The notes under the pieces are model-generated. The model ran no database searches, was not told where the DNA came from, and saw nothing but the letters and a program-made list of their open reading frames with translations. From Eledone cirrhosa (lineage: Eukaryota): a stretch of DNA of 64,000 nt. This document shows positions 1 through 12,184 of the stretch, in pieces (the stretch's first letter is position 1; each line of letters begins with the position of its first letter). Position numbers and translations under genes: made by a program. The DNA lies in assembly GCA_964016885.1 (NCBI GenBank), contig OZ024745.1, positions 44,516,001 to 44,580,000 of the forward strand, written 5' to 3'.

Positions 1-840
1 TCAGGGCAAGGACAAACAACAGAGGGGACAGACTATCTCCCTGGAAGATACCTCTCTTGATCTTCACGCCTCCCAAGGATTCTCCACCCGATGTTAATTC
101 TGTTTCCCAGGACTTCATACTTTTGCTCAACAACTGTCTAATGTTATCTGCCACCCTGAAGATCTCTAGGCTTTTGGTTATCCAAGAATGAGGTACCATG
201 TCAAATGCTTTTTTGTAGTCTATCCATCCCATGGCGAGACCAGTGTGTCTCCTCTTGCAATTCCTCATTACCATCTTATCAATAAGTAGCTGGTCTTTTG
301 TACCACGGGACTTCTTTCGGCATCCTTTCTGTTTGTCCGGTAACAAGTTGTTTGTGTGGAGGTGATGGTAGATTTCCTCAGACACAATGCTTGTTAACAG
401 TTTCCACATTACAGATAGACATGTGATAGGTCTATAGTTGGTAACATCATTACCCTTGATTCGGTCTTTCATTACCAGGACTGTGGTACCTTTTGTCAAC
501 CACTCTGGTACCTCACTCGACATCAAGCAATCATTGAACATGGTTGCTAGTTTCGGGTGGAGGGATGTTATATTTTTAATCCAATACCCCTGCACACCAT
601 CTGGGCCTGGTGATTTCCAGTTGGTTAGTTTTTTGGCCTGCCCTTTAAGAGTTTCAACTGTGATACTTAAATCAGTTTGTTGGTGTGCTTGTTCACTAAT
701 CTCCTTTTGTACTGTCTCAATCCACACTGCCTGATCATTATGTTCAACATCCTGCTCCCATATTCCTCTCCAGAATGTCTTAGTCTGTTCTGCCTCAGGG
801 ATCAAGTCGTTGCCTCTTTCTTTCCCTTCAAGCTGCCCAA
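1..840 (-). mobile_element. R4/Dong-clade non-LTR retrotransposon, RT region, 5'-truncated, continues beyond the left edge
   Basis: Manual minus-strand translation from 838 appears open to the window edge: FWRGIWE..NWKSPGPDGVQGYWIK..NYRPITCLSVMWKLL..QKGCRKKSRGTKDQLLIDK..WIDYKKAFDMVPHSWI..KRGIFQGDSLSPLLFVLAL. It is absent from the ORF track because it has no stop inside the window. Confidence 0.88.
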
Positions 841-2640
841 GTGGTGAGAGTAAACGGTCACCTTTCCGAACCGTTCAAGATCATGCGCTCGGTCCGCCAA
901 GGATGTCCCCTCTTGCCCCTCTTGTATGTATTGACTCTCGAGCCATTACTGCACAAACTGGAGACGTTGAGGGGGGTCCCGCGTCAGCTAGGATGCGGAA
1001 GATTCGTGTCAGCATATGCGGATGATGTCACTGTAGTGGTGTCGAACGCCAAATACATCGAGGCGATCGGCACTACACTAAGAGAATACGAAGCGGTGAC
1101 AGGAGCAATGATCAACCAGGAAAAGTCGGTGGGCCTGCAGCTTGGCACCTGGAGAGGCAGGTCCATGCCGTCCAACGGCGTCGTCGGGCGCTGGACGGAC
1201 AGACCAGTTAAATTGCTAGGGGTCTGGTTCAGCCCGGACCTCCAGACGGACAAAAACTGGGACGAGGTGACGAGCAGGGTGGCTTCTCTCACCCAGAAAT
1301 GGGCGGAGAGAAAGCTATCCATGAAAGGTCGAGTGGAGGTGGCTAACGCGTACATCGTGTCCGTCATCTACTACCGCCTGACCCTCATGCCTTGTCCTAA
1401 GCCTCGCCTGACTGCGCTGGAGCGTTTGCTCTTTCGCTTTTTGTGGAAGGGACACGCTCCGATGGTCAAGCGGTCCATATGCTGTCAACACCTGCTACGT
1501 GGAGGGCTGGGCATGCCGTGGCTAATGATGCAGACACGCGCTCAGGCTACGACATCTCCACCTCTTCCTCGACGGTGATCAGGTGTGGTCGCCATTTGCT
1601 AGACGCGTCTTTCCCCAGCTCGTCTCCTTGACGGAGCTGCAGTCCTGGGTCAAGCGAAGACCGAGAGGGAGCGCCTGGAGACTGGAATGTCTTCAGGCGC
1701 TCACAGCCCTCGGCCAATTGGGCAATGTGATCGGTGGAAACTCCACCTTGTCGTTCTATAGAGGGTTAGTGGAGGGGAAGAGTGACAACGTACTTGGGGA
1801 AACTCTAGGCGTCGACGAAAATCAACTAGCCAATCTCTTGGGAAGGACTTTCGGGTCGGGGCCTATGGACAACTTCCACAAATCCCTGGCCTGGCAGTGC
1901 TACCGGGGAGCTTTGCCAGTTCGGGATAAACTCTACCGGCATGGAGGTGCCGTCAGCCGGGCATGTCCGAGATGCGCGCAGGGCGACGAAACCGTCCTGC
2001 ATGCACTCATCCAGTGTCCGAGCATTGCTGACTTGTAGGTTTATGTCGAACACCTGCTGTCGCGTGTGGGACGGATCCGACTATCAGCTGAGTCCATCGT
2101 GAGGATTGCCCCGCCCTCTTCCTTTAGCCGGGAAGGGCAGGCAGTTTTTATCTGTCTGGTGGCCATGGCGAAAGAGATAGTATGGTGGACACATCTGAAA
2201 GGGCTGAAGACGAGCACTTACCTCTTCGCTGATGCCCTGATTAACTTTTTCCAATTTAATTTGAAAAGTAAAATCAGGGTTGAGAGGGAGGTGCTCTCTT
2301 CCCAGCTTTTTGTTGAAAGATGGGTGAGAGAGGCAAGAATGGTCCGAGTGAGTATATGCCTGTAAATTGAAGGTGGAAAACTGGGAGAGAACAATTGCCC
2401 TGGTGGTCAGGGTCACCGTGGATTTTTTTAATGGGCTTTCTCCACGATGGTCCTCGGAAGTCTCCCCTCTATTGGGGAATTTTTCATTGTTCTATTATTA
2501 CATCCGCTGTTTTTTTTTGTTTTTTTTTTACACGCAGAAATGCCCATTTGTACCGTCCTGTATTGTCCTGTACTGTCCTTAATGTCTACTTTGTGTAAAC
2601 CCTTGTGGTTAATAAAGAAATTATTATTATTATTATTATT
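841..2640 (+). mobile_element. Tx1-clade (L1 group) LINE copy 1, 5'-truncated, with (TTA)n tail
   Basis: RT motifs VRQGCPL, YADD; C-terminal CPRC..H..QC zinc finger; nearly identical to 6736-8565; frameshift near 1530, stop at 2036; 3'UTR with AATAAA, then (TTA)n at 2621-2640. Confidence 0.92.
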
Positions 2641-2849
2641 GGCGACCTACATAGTAAATCGTATCATCGTGAGCTCCGCAAATGTTTGTTATTTCCGTTT
2701 GTTAAAAATTGCCATTTATGGAAATTTTTTTTTGTTAACTATATATAAGCGTACATACATTGTTTTCCGAAAAGGACACCCAAAAAGATTGGGGCCTTGT
2801 GCCCAAAATTTAAACTTTTATGATTATCAAAAAATTTCTTTAAAAAAAA

Positions 2850-4823
2850 ATGGCTAATTCACCACTGCACCAAGCAGCTGAAAGCTTTTCTCACAAATTA
2901 ACACCTCACACCGACACCACCATTGTAAATGATATTACGTCTGCCAACACACACAATTTAAGCACTAGCAATATTTTAAATTTGTCTCAGACAGACATTC
3001 ATTTCCCGCCATTACCAATGACTGCAGGTGTTAAAGCCTCCACCACCACCACCACCGCGACAACAGAAACAAAAGAAGAAAAAAATAAATTAACTCCTGA
3101 TGTCGAAATGAAATCAAGTAAAATGGACTCTTCCCCACCAAAGACGACTGACGTCACCACCACCACAACTGAAACTAAAATTAATATTAACACAAAAAAC
3201 GATAGCAACAACAACAACAATGACATTATAAAAACCACCCTCAGTTTTGCCAGAGTAGCAAAACAGTTCGAAGCATTTACGGTAACTCAGGAGGATTTAG
3301 AAAATGCCAAACAAATGGTAAAGAAAGATGGGTAGGGTCAGCCCCCCCCCCCCCCCCACACACACACCTAATAAAATGGAGCATCGGCGCCTATGCACCG
3401 TGTCGTATCGAACAATAAATGTAAAATCGCGCCGAGTGGAACGGGCATCCGAGTCCCAAATCCAAAAAGCTTTGGGACATGTGTGGGCAAGAAAAATCCA
3501 CATCAGACGTGGGCAGAAGTATGGAACCGTGGACGTGTTCTTTGAAACACCAGAGGAGGCTAGAGAACACTCCATGGCCTCATTAAGAAGTGACGACTTC
3601 ACACTCGTCCCAAGCTATTGTGGACAGAGACTCGTAAAGATCAGGGTGACCCACGTTCCACCGGCCATCGAAATTCCCTGGCTAATAGCGGCCGTCCTCG
3701 CCGGCATCGAAGCCAACACAAAAATAATAGCAATAGCAAAAGAAAAGCAGGAGAACTGGTCCGGATCTGGGATGGAGCTCCTGATCCAAGCGGACCAAAA
3801 AAGCATTGAGGAGATCCCAGAGGTAATAGACCTCACTGACGGCAGCCACCTCACGGTAATTGTCGAGGGCAGAAGACCTAGGTGTGTCGTTTGTGGTGAA
3901 GGAACCCACCTAAGGGCTTTCTGCCCTCAGGCTAAAAGGTTGAGGCCACCTCTCCTACCCACCCCAGTGACACAACCATCAACACCACCAGTAGCAGAGA
4001 TGGCAGCAACAACTGTAGCAGCAACAACAGAAGCAACTATAACAGCAACAACCCCAGCAACAGTAGCAAAACCAACACCACCACCACCACCAGCAAAACC
4101 AACACCACCACCACCCAACACTTCAGAACTAGCACCAGCGCCTACACCATCCACCACGCCACAAGCAAAACTAACGCCTGTGGAGGATTTTCCACTCCCC
4201 GGCCTATCACAACTGGAGACAGATTGTGACGACGAGGAGTGGGAAACGATATCCGGAAAAAAAAAAGAAACCAAAAAAGAAAAAATTCTCTTCCTTCCCC
4301 CTCCAAAAACAAAATACAGAGGGAAACAAATAAATTAAGAAACAAAAAAGTTAGGACAGATATGCCACCATCCACACCAGCATCACCAACCCCATCAACC
4401 CAAACACCAACACCATCACCATCATTAACCCCAACACCACCATCACCTACACCACAAAAGTCACCAAAATGCGAAACAGAAACAAACCCACAACAAACAC
4501 AAACAAAACAAAACAACCAAAACGATACACACTACACAGCATTAAATTTGAACAACAAGCAATTATTACACTACATCCAACACAACACCAGCATCACAGA
4601 AAAAGACTACACAACAACCCCAAAATTCACACCACCTCCACACATACAAATCACTCGCATCACACAGAAAACGTACATGACACTAAAAAAAAAATTCCCC
4701 AAAGACATCTGAGACTTCCGACAAGCACTCTCCAGGAGGATTTATAAGGACATCCTTCCTGAGGAGGCCACAAGCAGTGAAAAGGATGGAAAAACCGTAC
4801 TTCCCCTACGAGAAGTAAGGTAA
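2850..4823 (+). pseudogene. Tx1 ORF1 (gag-like, zinc knuckle, Pro/Thr-rich tail), disrupted
   Basis: Pieces 2850-3335, 3328-4338 and 4239-4712 join across a C homopolymer (about 3342-3357) and an A homopolymer (about 4257-4266). CVVCGEGTHLRAFC = CX2CX4HX4C. The frame continues past TGA 4710 to TAA at 4821-4823. Confidence 0.75.
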
Positions 4824-4857
4824 GTGGTCTTTCCCATCTTTTCCACTCCTTTTCAAC

Positions 4858-7800
4858 ATGACCTCACTCAGAATAGGCAGCATAAATGCGCGTGGCTTGG
4901 GGTCGTCATGGAAGCAGGGCCACCTGCTCAACGACCTCAGGTCACTAAACATAGATGTAGTGGCCATCAGCGAGACCAGAATCTCCGAAGCACAGGCTTT
5001 CGCACCGATCTTCGGCGGCTACGATGTGTACGCATCTCCCAGCCGTCCGGGATCGGGGGGAGGAGTTGCTGTGCTTTTTCGGAGAGGTTTGGATCTTGCC
5101 ATACGGGCCATCTTCCTGGACCCAGAAGGTAAGTTGGTGGTGCTGGACGTGACCAGCGGAGACGGGCAAGCTTTCAGGTTAGTGGCCGTCTATGCCCCGA
5201 CAGGAGCAGGGCGGCCTGATTTCTTCCGGCGTCTGGAGACCTTTCTTGGAACGTCCCGCTCTTTAGTGTTAGTGGGTGACTGGAACGGGATCTTAGATGC
5301 ACGCTGGGATTGTGTGGGATTAGTGGATAGGGAAGAAGGGTGCAAGAGTCTCACCAACCTGCTCAGACGTTTTGAACTGTCTGACAGGTACCGAATGGAT
5401 TTCCCGAATGTACCAATGTGGACTTGGACAAATCGCATAGGGTCATCCAGATCATATCTAGATAGAGTATTTTGTAGGGAAATAGATAGGTCTAGCATAG
5501 GCTGTCCACAATTCAAGATAGTCAGCTACACGGACCACAAATTCGTGATCTGTGTGCTTGACTTAGATAGGCTTCATAGATGAGGACCCGGCTACTGGAA
5601 GCTAAACGCGTCCTTACCAACGCGCAAGGCCTACAGAGACCGGATTAGCGAACTAGTTAAGCGGGCGTTGACGGGGGCCATCGTCAACAACAAGTGGTGG
5701 TTTGCTCTGAAAAGAGCAATTAGAATAGAGTCCATTAGGTTTAGTAAGACTTTAGCAATAGAGAAAAATAGAGCAGAGGGAGAATTAGTTAGAAAATTAG
5801 ATGAGGCGCTTAGCAAAGGCATCGCGATCGACGTACTTGCGGCGAAATTGGCCCTTGACCAATTCTTCAATGCAAAGCACGAAGGCTGCGTTGTCAGAGC
5901 TAGGGTGCGTGCTCTCAGACACGAGGGGACGAAAGCCGTTCAATGGGCCCGAGTGGCGGAGGCGCGTCGTGGCAACAAAGCCACGATCCGGTCTTTGGTG
6001 GACCACGACGGGCGCATGCTACTCGATCCCGGGCAAATGTGTGAAGCTTTTCAGCGACACTTCGCTCAACTGTTCGGGGGCAGTGGCGGGCCGGATCGAG
6101 GGATGGACTTTAGTGTCTACCTCGACGGACTGCCGCGGCTTTCGGCCACTGAGGCGGAGTGTTGCGAAAAGCTGATAACAACCGCTGAAGTACGGGATGC
6201 AATGACTAGTTGCACAAGGGGTAAATCGCCTGGTTTGGATGGTCTACCCTATGAACTTTACGTACAAATGCCAGACTTGTTCGGAAGCCTCTTGGCGGAC
6301 GTCTACTGCAACTGGCAACAGAACGGGAGAATTCCCAGCTCTGTGAGCCGAGGAGCGGTGGCGCTGCTGAGAAAGGATCCGAACAAGGGGGATAACATAG
6401 ATAATTTTAGGCCCATAACTCTGCTAAACACAGAGTTCAAGATTTTGGCCAAGGTGCTAGCAAAGAGGTTGGCGCTTGTCGTTGGTGGTCTGGTGGGAGA
6501 GGCACAGACATGCGCCATTCCCGACAGATCCATCCACGACAACCTCCACCTCATGCGATACATCGTAGAGAGGGTAGCTAGGGAACCTGGCACGGGTGGG
6601 TTTTTGATCAATTTAGATCAGTCGAAAGCCTTCGATAGGGTCGACCATCGTTACCTAGCGGCAGTCCTGAGGGCGGCTGGCTTTGGGCCCGTCTTCAGAG
6701 GCTGGATCGCTGCCATGCACAGCGACATCTGCACTGTAGTGAGAGTGAACGGTCACCTTTCAGAACCGTTCAACATCATGCGCTCGGTCCGCCAAGGATG
6801 TCCCCTCTCGTCCCTATTGTACGTATTGACTCTCGAGCCATTACTGCACAAACTGGAGACGTTGAGGGGGGTCCCGCGCGAACTAGGATGCGGAAGATCC
6901 GTGTCAGCATATGCCGACGATGTCACCGTAGTGGTGTCGAACGCCAAACACATCGAGGCGATCGGCACTACACTAAGAGAATACGAAGCGGTGACAGGAG
7001 CAATGATCAACCAGGAAAAGTCAGTGGGCCTGCAGCTCGGCACCTGGAGAGGCAGGTCCATGCCGTCCAACAGCGTCGTCGGGCGCTGGATGGACGGACC
7101 GGTTAAATTGCTAGGGGTCTGGTTCGGTCCAGACCTCCAGACGGACAAAAACTGGGACGAGGTGACGAGCAGGGTGGCTTCTCTCACCCAGAAATGGGCG
7201 GAGAGGAAGCTATCCCTGAAAGGTCGAGCGGAGGTGGCGAATGCGTACATCGCATCCGTCATCTACTACCGCCTGACCGTCGTACCTTGTCCTAAGCCCC
7301 GCCTGACTGCGCTGGAGCGTTTGCTCTTTCGCTTCTTGTGGAAGGGACGCGCTCCGATGGTCAGGCGGTCCATATGCTGTCAACACCTGCTACGTGGAGG
7401 GCTGGGCATGCCGTGGCTGATGATGCGCAGACACGCGCTCAGGCTACGACATCTCCACCTCTTCCTCGACGGTTATCAGGTGTGGTCGCCGTTTGCTAGA
7501 CACGTTTTTCCCCAGCTCGTCTCCTTGACGGAGCTGCAGTCCTGGGTCAAGCGAAGACCGAGAGGGAGCCACTTGGAGACTGGAATGTCTTCAGGCGCTC
7601 ACAGCCCTCGACCAGTCGGGCAATGTGATCGGTGGAAACTCCACCTTGGCGTTCTATAGGTGATTAGTGGAGGGGAAGAGCGACGACGTACTTGGAGAAA
7701 CTCTAGGCGTCGACGAAAATCAACTAGCCAATCTCTTGGGAAGGACTTTCGGGCCGGGGCCTATGGACAACTTCCAGAAATCCCTGGCCTGGCAGTGCTA

Positions 7801-8278
7801 CCGGGGAGCTTTGCCAGTTCGGGATAAACTCTACAGGCATGGAGGTGCTGTCAGCCGGGCATGTCCGAGATGCGCGCAGGGCGACAAAACCGTCCTGCAC
7901 GCACTCATCCAGTGTCCGAGCATTGCTGACTTGTGGGTTTATGTCGAACACCTGCTGTCACGTGTAGGATGGATACAGCTATCAGCTGAGTCCATCGTGA
8001 GGATTGCCCCGCCCCCTTCCTTTAGCCGGGAAGGGCAGGCAGTTTTTATCTGTCTGGTGGCCATGGCGAAAGAGATAGTATGGTGGACACGTTTGAAAGG
8101 GCTGAAGACGAGCACTTACCTCTTCGGTGATGCCCTGATTAACTTTTTCAAATTTCATCTGAAAAGGAAAATCAGGGTAGAGAGGGAAGTGCTCTCTTCC
8201 CAGCATTTTGTTGAAAGATGGGTGAGAGAAGCAAGTATGGCCCGAATGAATGGGCCTTCTCTGAGTATGTGTCTGTAA
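4858..8278 (+). pseudogene. Tx1 ORF2: APE endonuclease, reverse transcriptase and C-terminal zinc finger, with few lesions
   Basis: EN motifs SINARGL, ISET, VYAP, GDWN, SYLDRVF, TDH; in-frame TGA at 5581 just before GPGYWKLN; RT motifs NFRPITLLN, KAFDRV, RQGCPLS, YADD; frameshift near 7570; CPRCAQGDKTVLHALIQC. Confidence 0.9.
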
Positions 8279-8521
8279 ATTAAAGGTGGAAAACTGGGAG
8301 AGGGCACTTGCCCTGGTGGTCAGGGCCACTGTGGTCTTTTAATGGGCTTTCTCCACAAATGTCCCTCGGAAGTCTCCCCCCTATTGGGGAATTTTTCTTT
8401 GTTATTTTATTTCATCCTCTGTTTTTTTTACACGCAGAAATGCCCATTTGTACCGTCCTGTATTGTCCTGTACTGTCCTTAATGTCTACTTTATGTAAAC
8501 TCTTGTGGTTAATAAAGAAAA

Positions 8522-8565
<44 letters not shown>

Positions 8566-8623
8566 TTTTAGTATTTTCATATCCAAATTTTTTTCACATT
8601 AGCAAGTACTAAATAGTTTATAA

Positions 8624-8720
8624 TTGTTAGTACTTTTGGCACAAGGCCAGCAATTATCACAGTGTATTACTGGTACTTTATTTGATCGAACCTGTAAGGA
8701 TGAAAGTCAAAGTTAACCCC
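8624..8720 (-). mobile_element. 5'-truncated SINE (family B) with about 19-bp target-site duplication
   Basis: Matches the family B 3' half; flanked by agtactaaatagtttataa (8605-8623) and agtactaaataatttataa (8722-8740). Confidence 0.75.
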
Positions 8721-8948
8721 TAGTACTAAATAATTTATAATGTACATATGTTTGTCTGCATTGATGCAACATGTATTTCATTTTTGGATGTCATTCTTAT
8801 GATTAATTGTTCAAGATAGATGATTACTTCAGAAAATGACTGAGCAAGGAGCTTATGGTTCACTAATAACTGTCACTTTCCTGTCTCTCTTGAATCAACT
8901 TACTTTTAAGAATTCTTTTTTAAAGTTGCCTCCTTTAGCTTTGGGACC

Positions 8949-11370
8949 AAGGTGTATAACTGTCATGTGATTAAGGTGTATAACTGTCATGTGATTAAGG
9001 TGTATAACTGTCATGTGATTAAGGTGTATAACTGTCATGTGATTAAGGTGTATAACTGTCATGTGATTAAGGTGTATAACTGTCATGTAATTAAGGTGTA
9101 TAACTGTCATGTGATTAAGGTGTATAACTGTCATGTGATTAAGGTGTATAACTGTCATGTGATTAAGGTGTTTAACTATTGTGAGATTAAGGTGTTTAAC
9201 TATTGTGAGATTAAGGTGTATGACTGTCATGTGATTAAGGTGTATAACTATTGTGAGATTAAGGTGTTTAACTATTGTGTGATTAAGGTGTTTAACTATT
9301 GTGAGATTAAGGTGTATGACTGTCATGTGATTAAGGTGTATAACTGTCATGTGATTAGGGTGTATAACTGTCATGTGATTAAGGTGTATAACTATTGTGA
9401 GATTAAGGTGTTTAACTATTGTGAGATTAAGGTGTTTAACTATTGTGAGATTAAGGTGTATGACTGTCATGTGATTAAGGTGTATAACTGTCATGTGATT
9501 AAGGTGTATAACTGTCATGTGATTAAGGTGTATAACTATTGTGAGATTAAGGTGTTTAACTATTGTGAGATTAAGGTGTATAACTGTCATGTGATTAAGG
9601 TGTATAACTGTCATGTGATTAAGGTGTATAACTGTCATGTGATTAAGGTGTATAACTATTGTGAGATTAAGGTGTTTAACTATTGTGAGATTAAGGTGTT
9701 TAACTATTGTGAGATTAAGGTGTATGACTGTCATGTGATTAAGGTGTATAACTATTGTGAGATTAAGGTGTTTAACTATTGTGTGATTAAGGTGTTTAAC
9801 TATTGTGAGATTAAGGTGTATGACTGTCATGTGATTAAGGTGTATAACTATTGTGAGATTAAGGTGTTTAACTATTGTGTGATTAAGGTGTTTAACTATT
9901 GTGAGATTAAGGTGTTTAACTATTGTGTGATTAAGGTGTTTAACTATTGTGAGATTAAGGTGTTTAACTATTGTGTGATTAAGGTGTTTAACTATTGTGA
10001 GATTAAGGTGTTTAACTATTGTGTGATTAAGGTGTATAACTATTGTGAGATTAAGGTGTATAACTATTGTGAGATTAAGGTGTATAACTATTGTGAGATT
10101 AAGGTGTTTAACTATTGTGAGATTAAGGTGTTTAACTATTGTGAGATTAAGGTGTATAACTATTGTGAGATTAAGGTGTATAACTGTCATGTGATTAAGG
10201 TGTATAACTATTGTGAGATTAAGGTGTATAACTATTGTGAGATTAAGGTGTTTAACTATTGTGAGATTAAGGTGTTTAACTGTCATGTGATTAAGGTGTA
10301 TAACTATTGTGAGATTAAGGTGTATAACTATTGTGAGATTAAGGTGTTTAACTATTGTGAGATTAAGGTGTTTAACTATTGTGAGATTAAGGTGTTTAAC
10401 TGTCATGTGATTAAGGTGTATAACTATTGTGAGATTAAGGTGTATAACTATTGTGAGATTAAGGTGTTTAACTATTGTGAGATTAAGGTGTATAACTATT
10501 GTGAGATTAAGGTGTATAACTATTGTGAGATTAAGGTGTTTAACTATTGTGAGATTAAGGTGTTTAACTATTGTGAGATTAAGGTGTTTAACTATTGTGA
10601 GATTAAGGTGTTTAACTATTGTGAGATTAAGGTGTTTAACTATTGTGAGATTAAGGTGTATAACTCTTCTGTGATTAACGAGTATAACTGTTTTGAGATG
10701 AAGGTGTTTAACTATTGTGAGATGAAGGTGTTTAACTATTGTGTGATTAAGGTGTTTAACTACTGTGAGATTAAGGTGTTTAACTATTGTGAGATGAAGG
10801 TGTTTAACTATTGTGAGATTAAGGTGTTTAACTATTGTGAGATGAAGGTGTTTAACTATTGTGAGATTAAGGTGTTTAACTATTGTGAGTTTAAGGTGTT
10901 TAACTACTGCGAGATTAAGGTTTTTAACTATTGTGAGATTAAGGTGTTTAACTATTGTGAGATTAAAGTGTTTAACTACTGTGAGATTAAGGTGTTAACT
11001 ATTGTGAGATTAAGGTTTTTAACTATTGTGAGATTAAGGTGTTTAACTACTGCGAGATTAAGGTGTTTAACTATTGTGAGATTAAGGTTTTTAACTATTG
11101 TGAGATTAAGATGTTTAGCTATCATGTGATTAAGGTGTTTAACTATTGTGAGATTAAGATGTTTAGCTATCATGTGATTAAGGTGTATGACTGTCATGAG
11201 ATTAAGGTGTTTAACTATTGTGAGATTAAGGTGTTTAACTATTGTGAGATTAAGGTGTTTAACTGTCATGAGATTAAGGTGTTTAACTATTGTGAGTTTA
11301 AGATGTTTAACTATTGTGTGATGAAGATGTTTAACTATTGTGTGATTAAGGTGTTTATGATTAAGGTGTT
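8949..11370. repeat. 24-bp minisatellite, about 100 units, two main variants
   Basis: Units ggtgtataactgtcatgtgattaa and ggtgtttaactattgtgagattaa; 8-aa periodicity in the ORF track (YNCHVIKV / FNYCEIKV). Confidence 0.97.
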
Positions 11371-11610
11371 GTGGACTCAAGATGCATGCCACTGTTCTCT
11401 AATAAATTGCCCCTATTTTTAAATCCAACCACTTCATCGAGAAATGAGAAGTATATATATTCTATCTTGGGTTGATTGAAACAAATACACTAGAATGACT
11501 GTGGTTACACATAAATTATATCTTTGATTTGTAGATTAGTAAAAAAAAACACTAGTTTCACTAATCTTGTTCAAGGTGGGATAGAAATAAAAAAAAACAT
11601 TTTAACTCAC

Positions 11611-11723
11611 TTTTATAAAGAAAGAGACCACCCAAAGAATGGTATATACTGGCAAAGTTTTCATTGACAGGAAGAAGATTAGCAGCTATCTTTAATGTTT
11701 AATAATGTCCAATTTATTGGTCA
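11611..11723 (-). other. Candidate exon of an unknown minus-strand transcript
   Basis: Acceptor ttttattctctctcttacAG and donor AA|GTGAGT; reads TNKLDIIK then KIAANLLPVNENFASIYHSLGGLFLYK only if one base is added in an A run. Confidence 0.4.
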
Positions 11724-12184
11724 CTGTAAGAGAGAGAATAAAATATTTCATTTAAAAAGTAAGCTTACAAATAAATTCTAATCACTTAAGATAGTATGAA
11801 TTTTCTCCCAAAATTTGGATCAACTAGTATTGCAGTAATTATCTTTCTTGATTGCAGTTTTTAGATTTTAACAGCCCTAAAAGGAATTATTGTCTACAAA
11901 TTATGAAGATGGTCTCAGCTGATTGAAATTTTCCCACTCATTATATTTAGTATCTGAGACTTATTGTATATGTTCTCCTGAAGTAATTGTGTCTCTAACT
12001 ATTGTTGAAACATATAATCAACATATAATTCCTCTCTCATTTTCTTTTTATAAATCAACCATTCTAGTTAAGCCAATTAAGGATATTGTCATATCTTTGA
12101 CAAAACTGAAGAGTCCTACCAACCATTTGCAGGTTTTCTATGACTATATTCCCTTCCTATATCTTGTGTGATTAAATGAGTGCC

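Larger units (their letters stand above)
2641..8565 (+). mobile_element. Tx1-clade (L1 group) LINE copy 2, apparently full length (5'UTR, ORF1, ORF2, 3'UTR, (TTA)n tail)
   Basis: Starts directly after the TTA tail of copy 1; ORF1 with CCHC knuckle; ORF2 with APE, RT and zinc finger; AATAAA at 8511, then (TTA)n 8523-8565. Confidence 0.92.

Noticed and set aside
5581-5583. Programmed readthrough or selenocysteine at the TGA between EN and RT
   Set aside because: A single point mutation (for example CGA to TGA) is simpler given the other lesions in this copy; no second copy covers the site.
438-8329. Numerous short overlapping or antisense ORFs (e.g. 438-734, 984-1367, 3927-4274, 6753-7262)
   Set aside because: Shadow frames of LINE coding sequence with no independent motifs.
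8949-11370. CRISPR-like array
   Set aside because: Units are contiguous with no unique spacers, there are no cas genes, and the context is eukaryotic.
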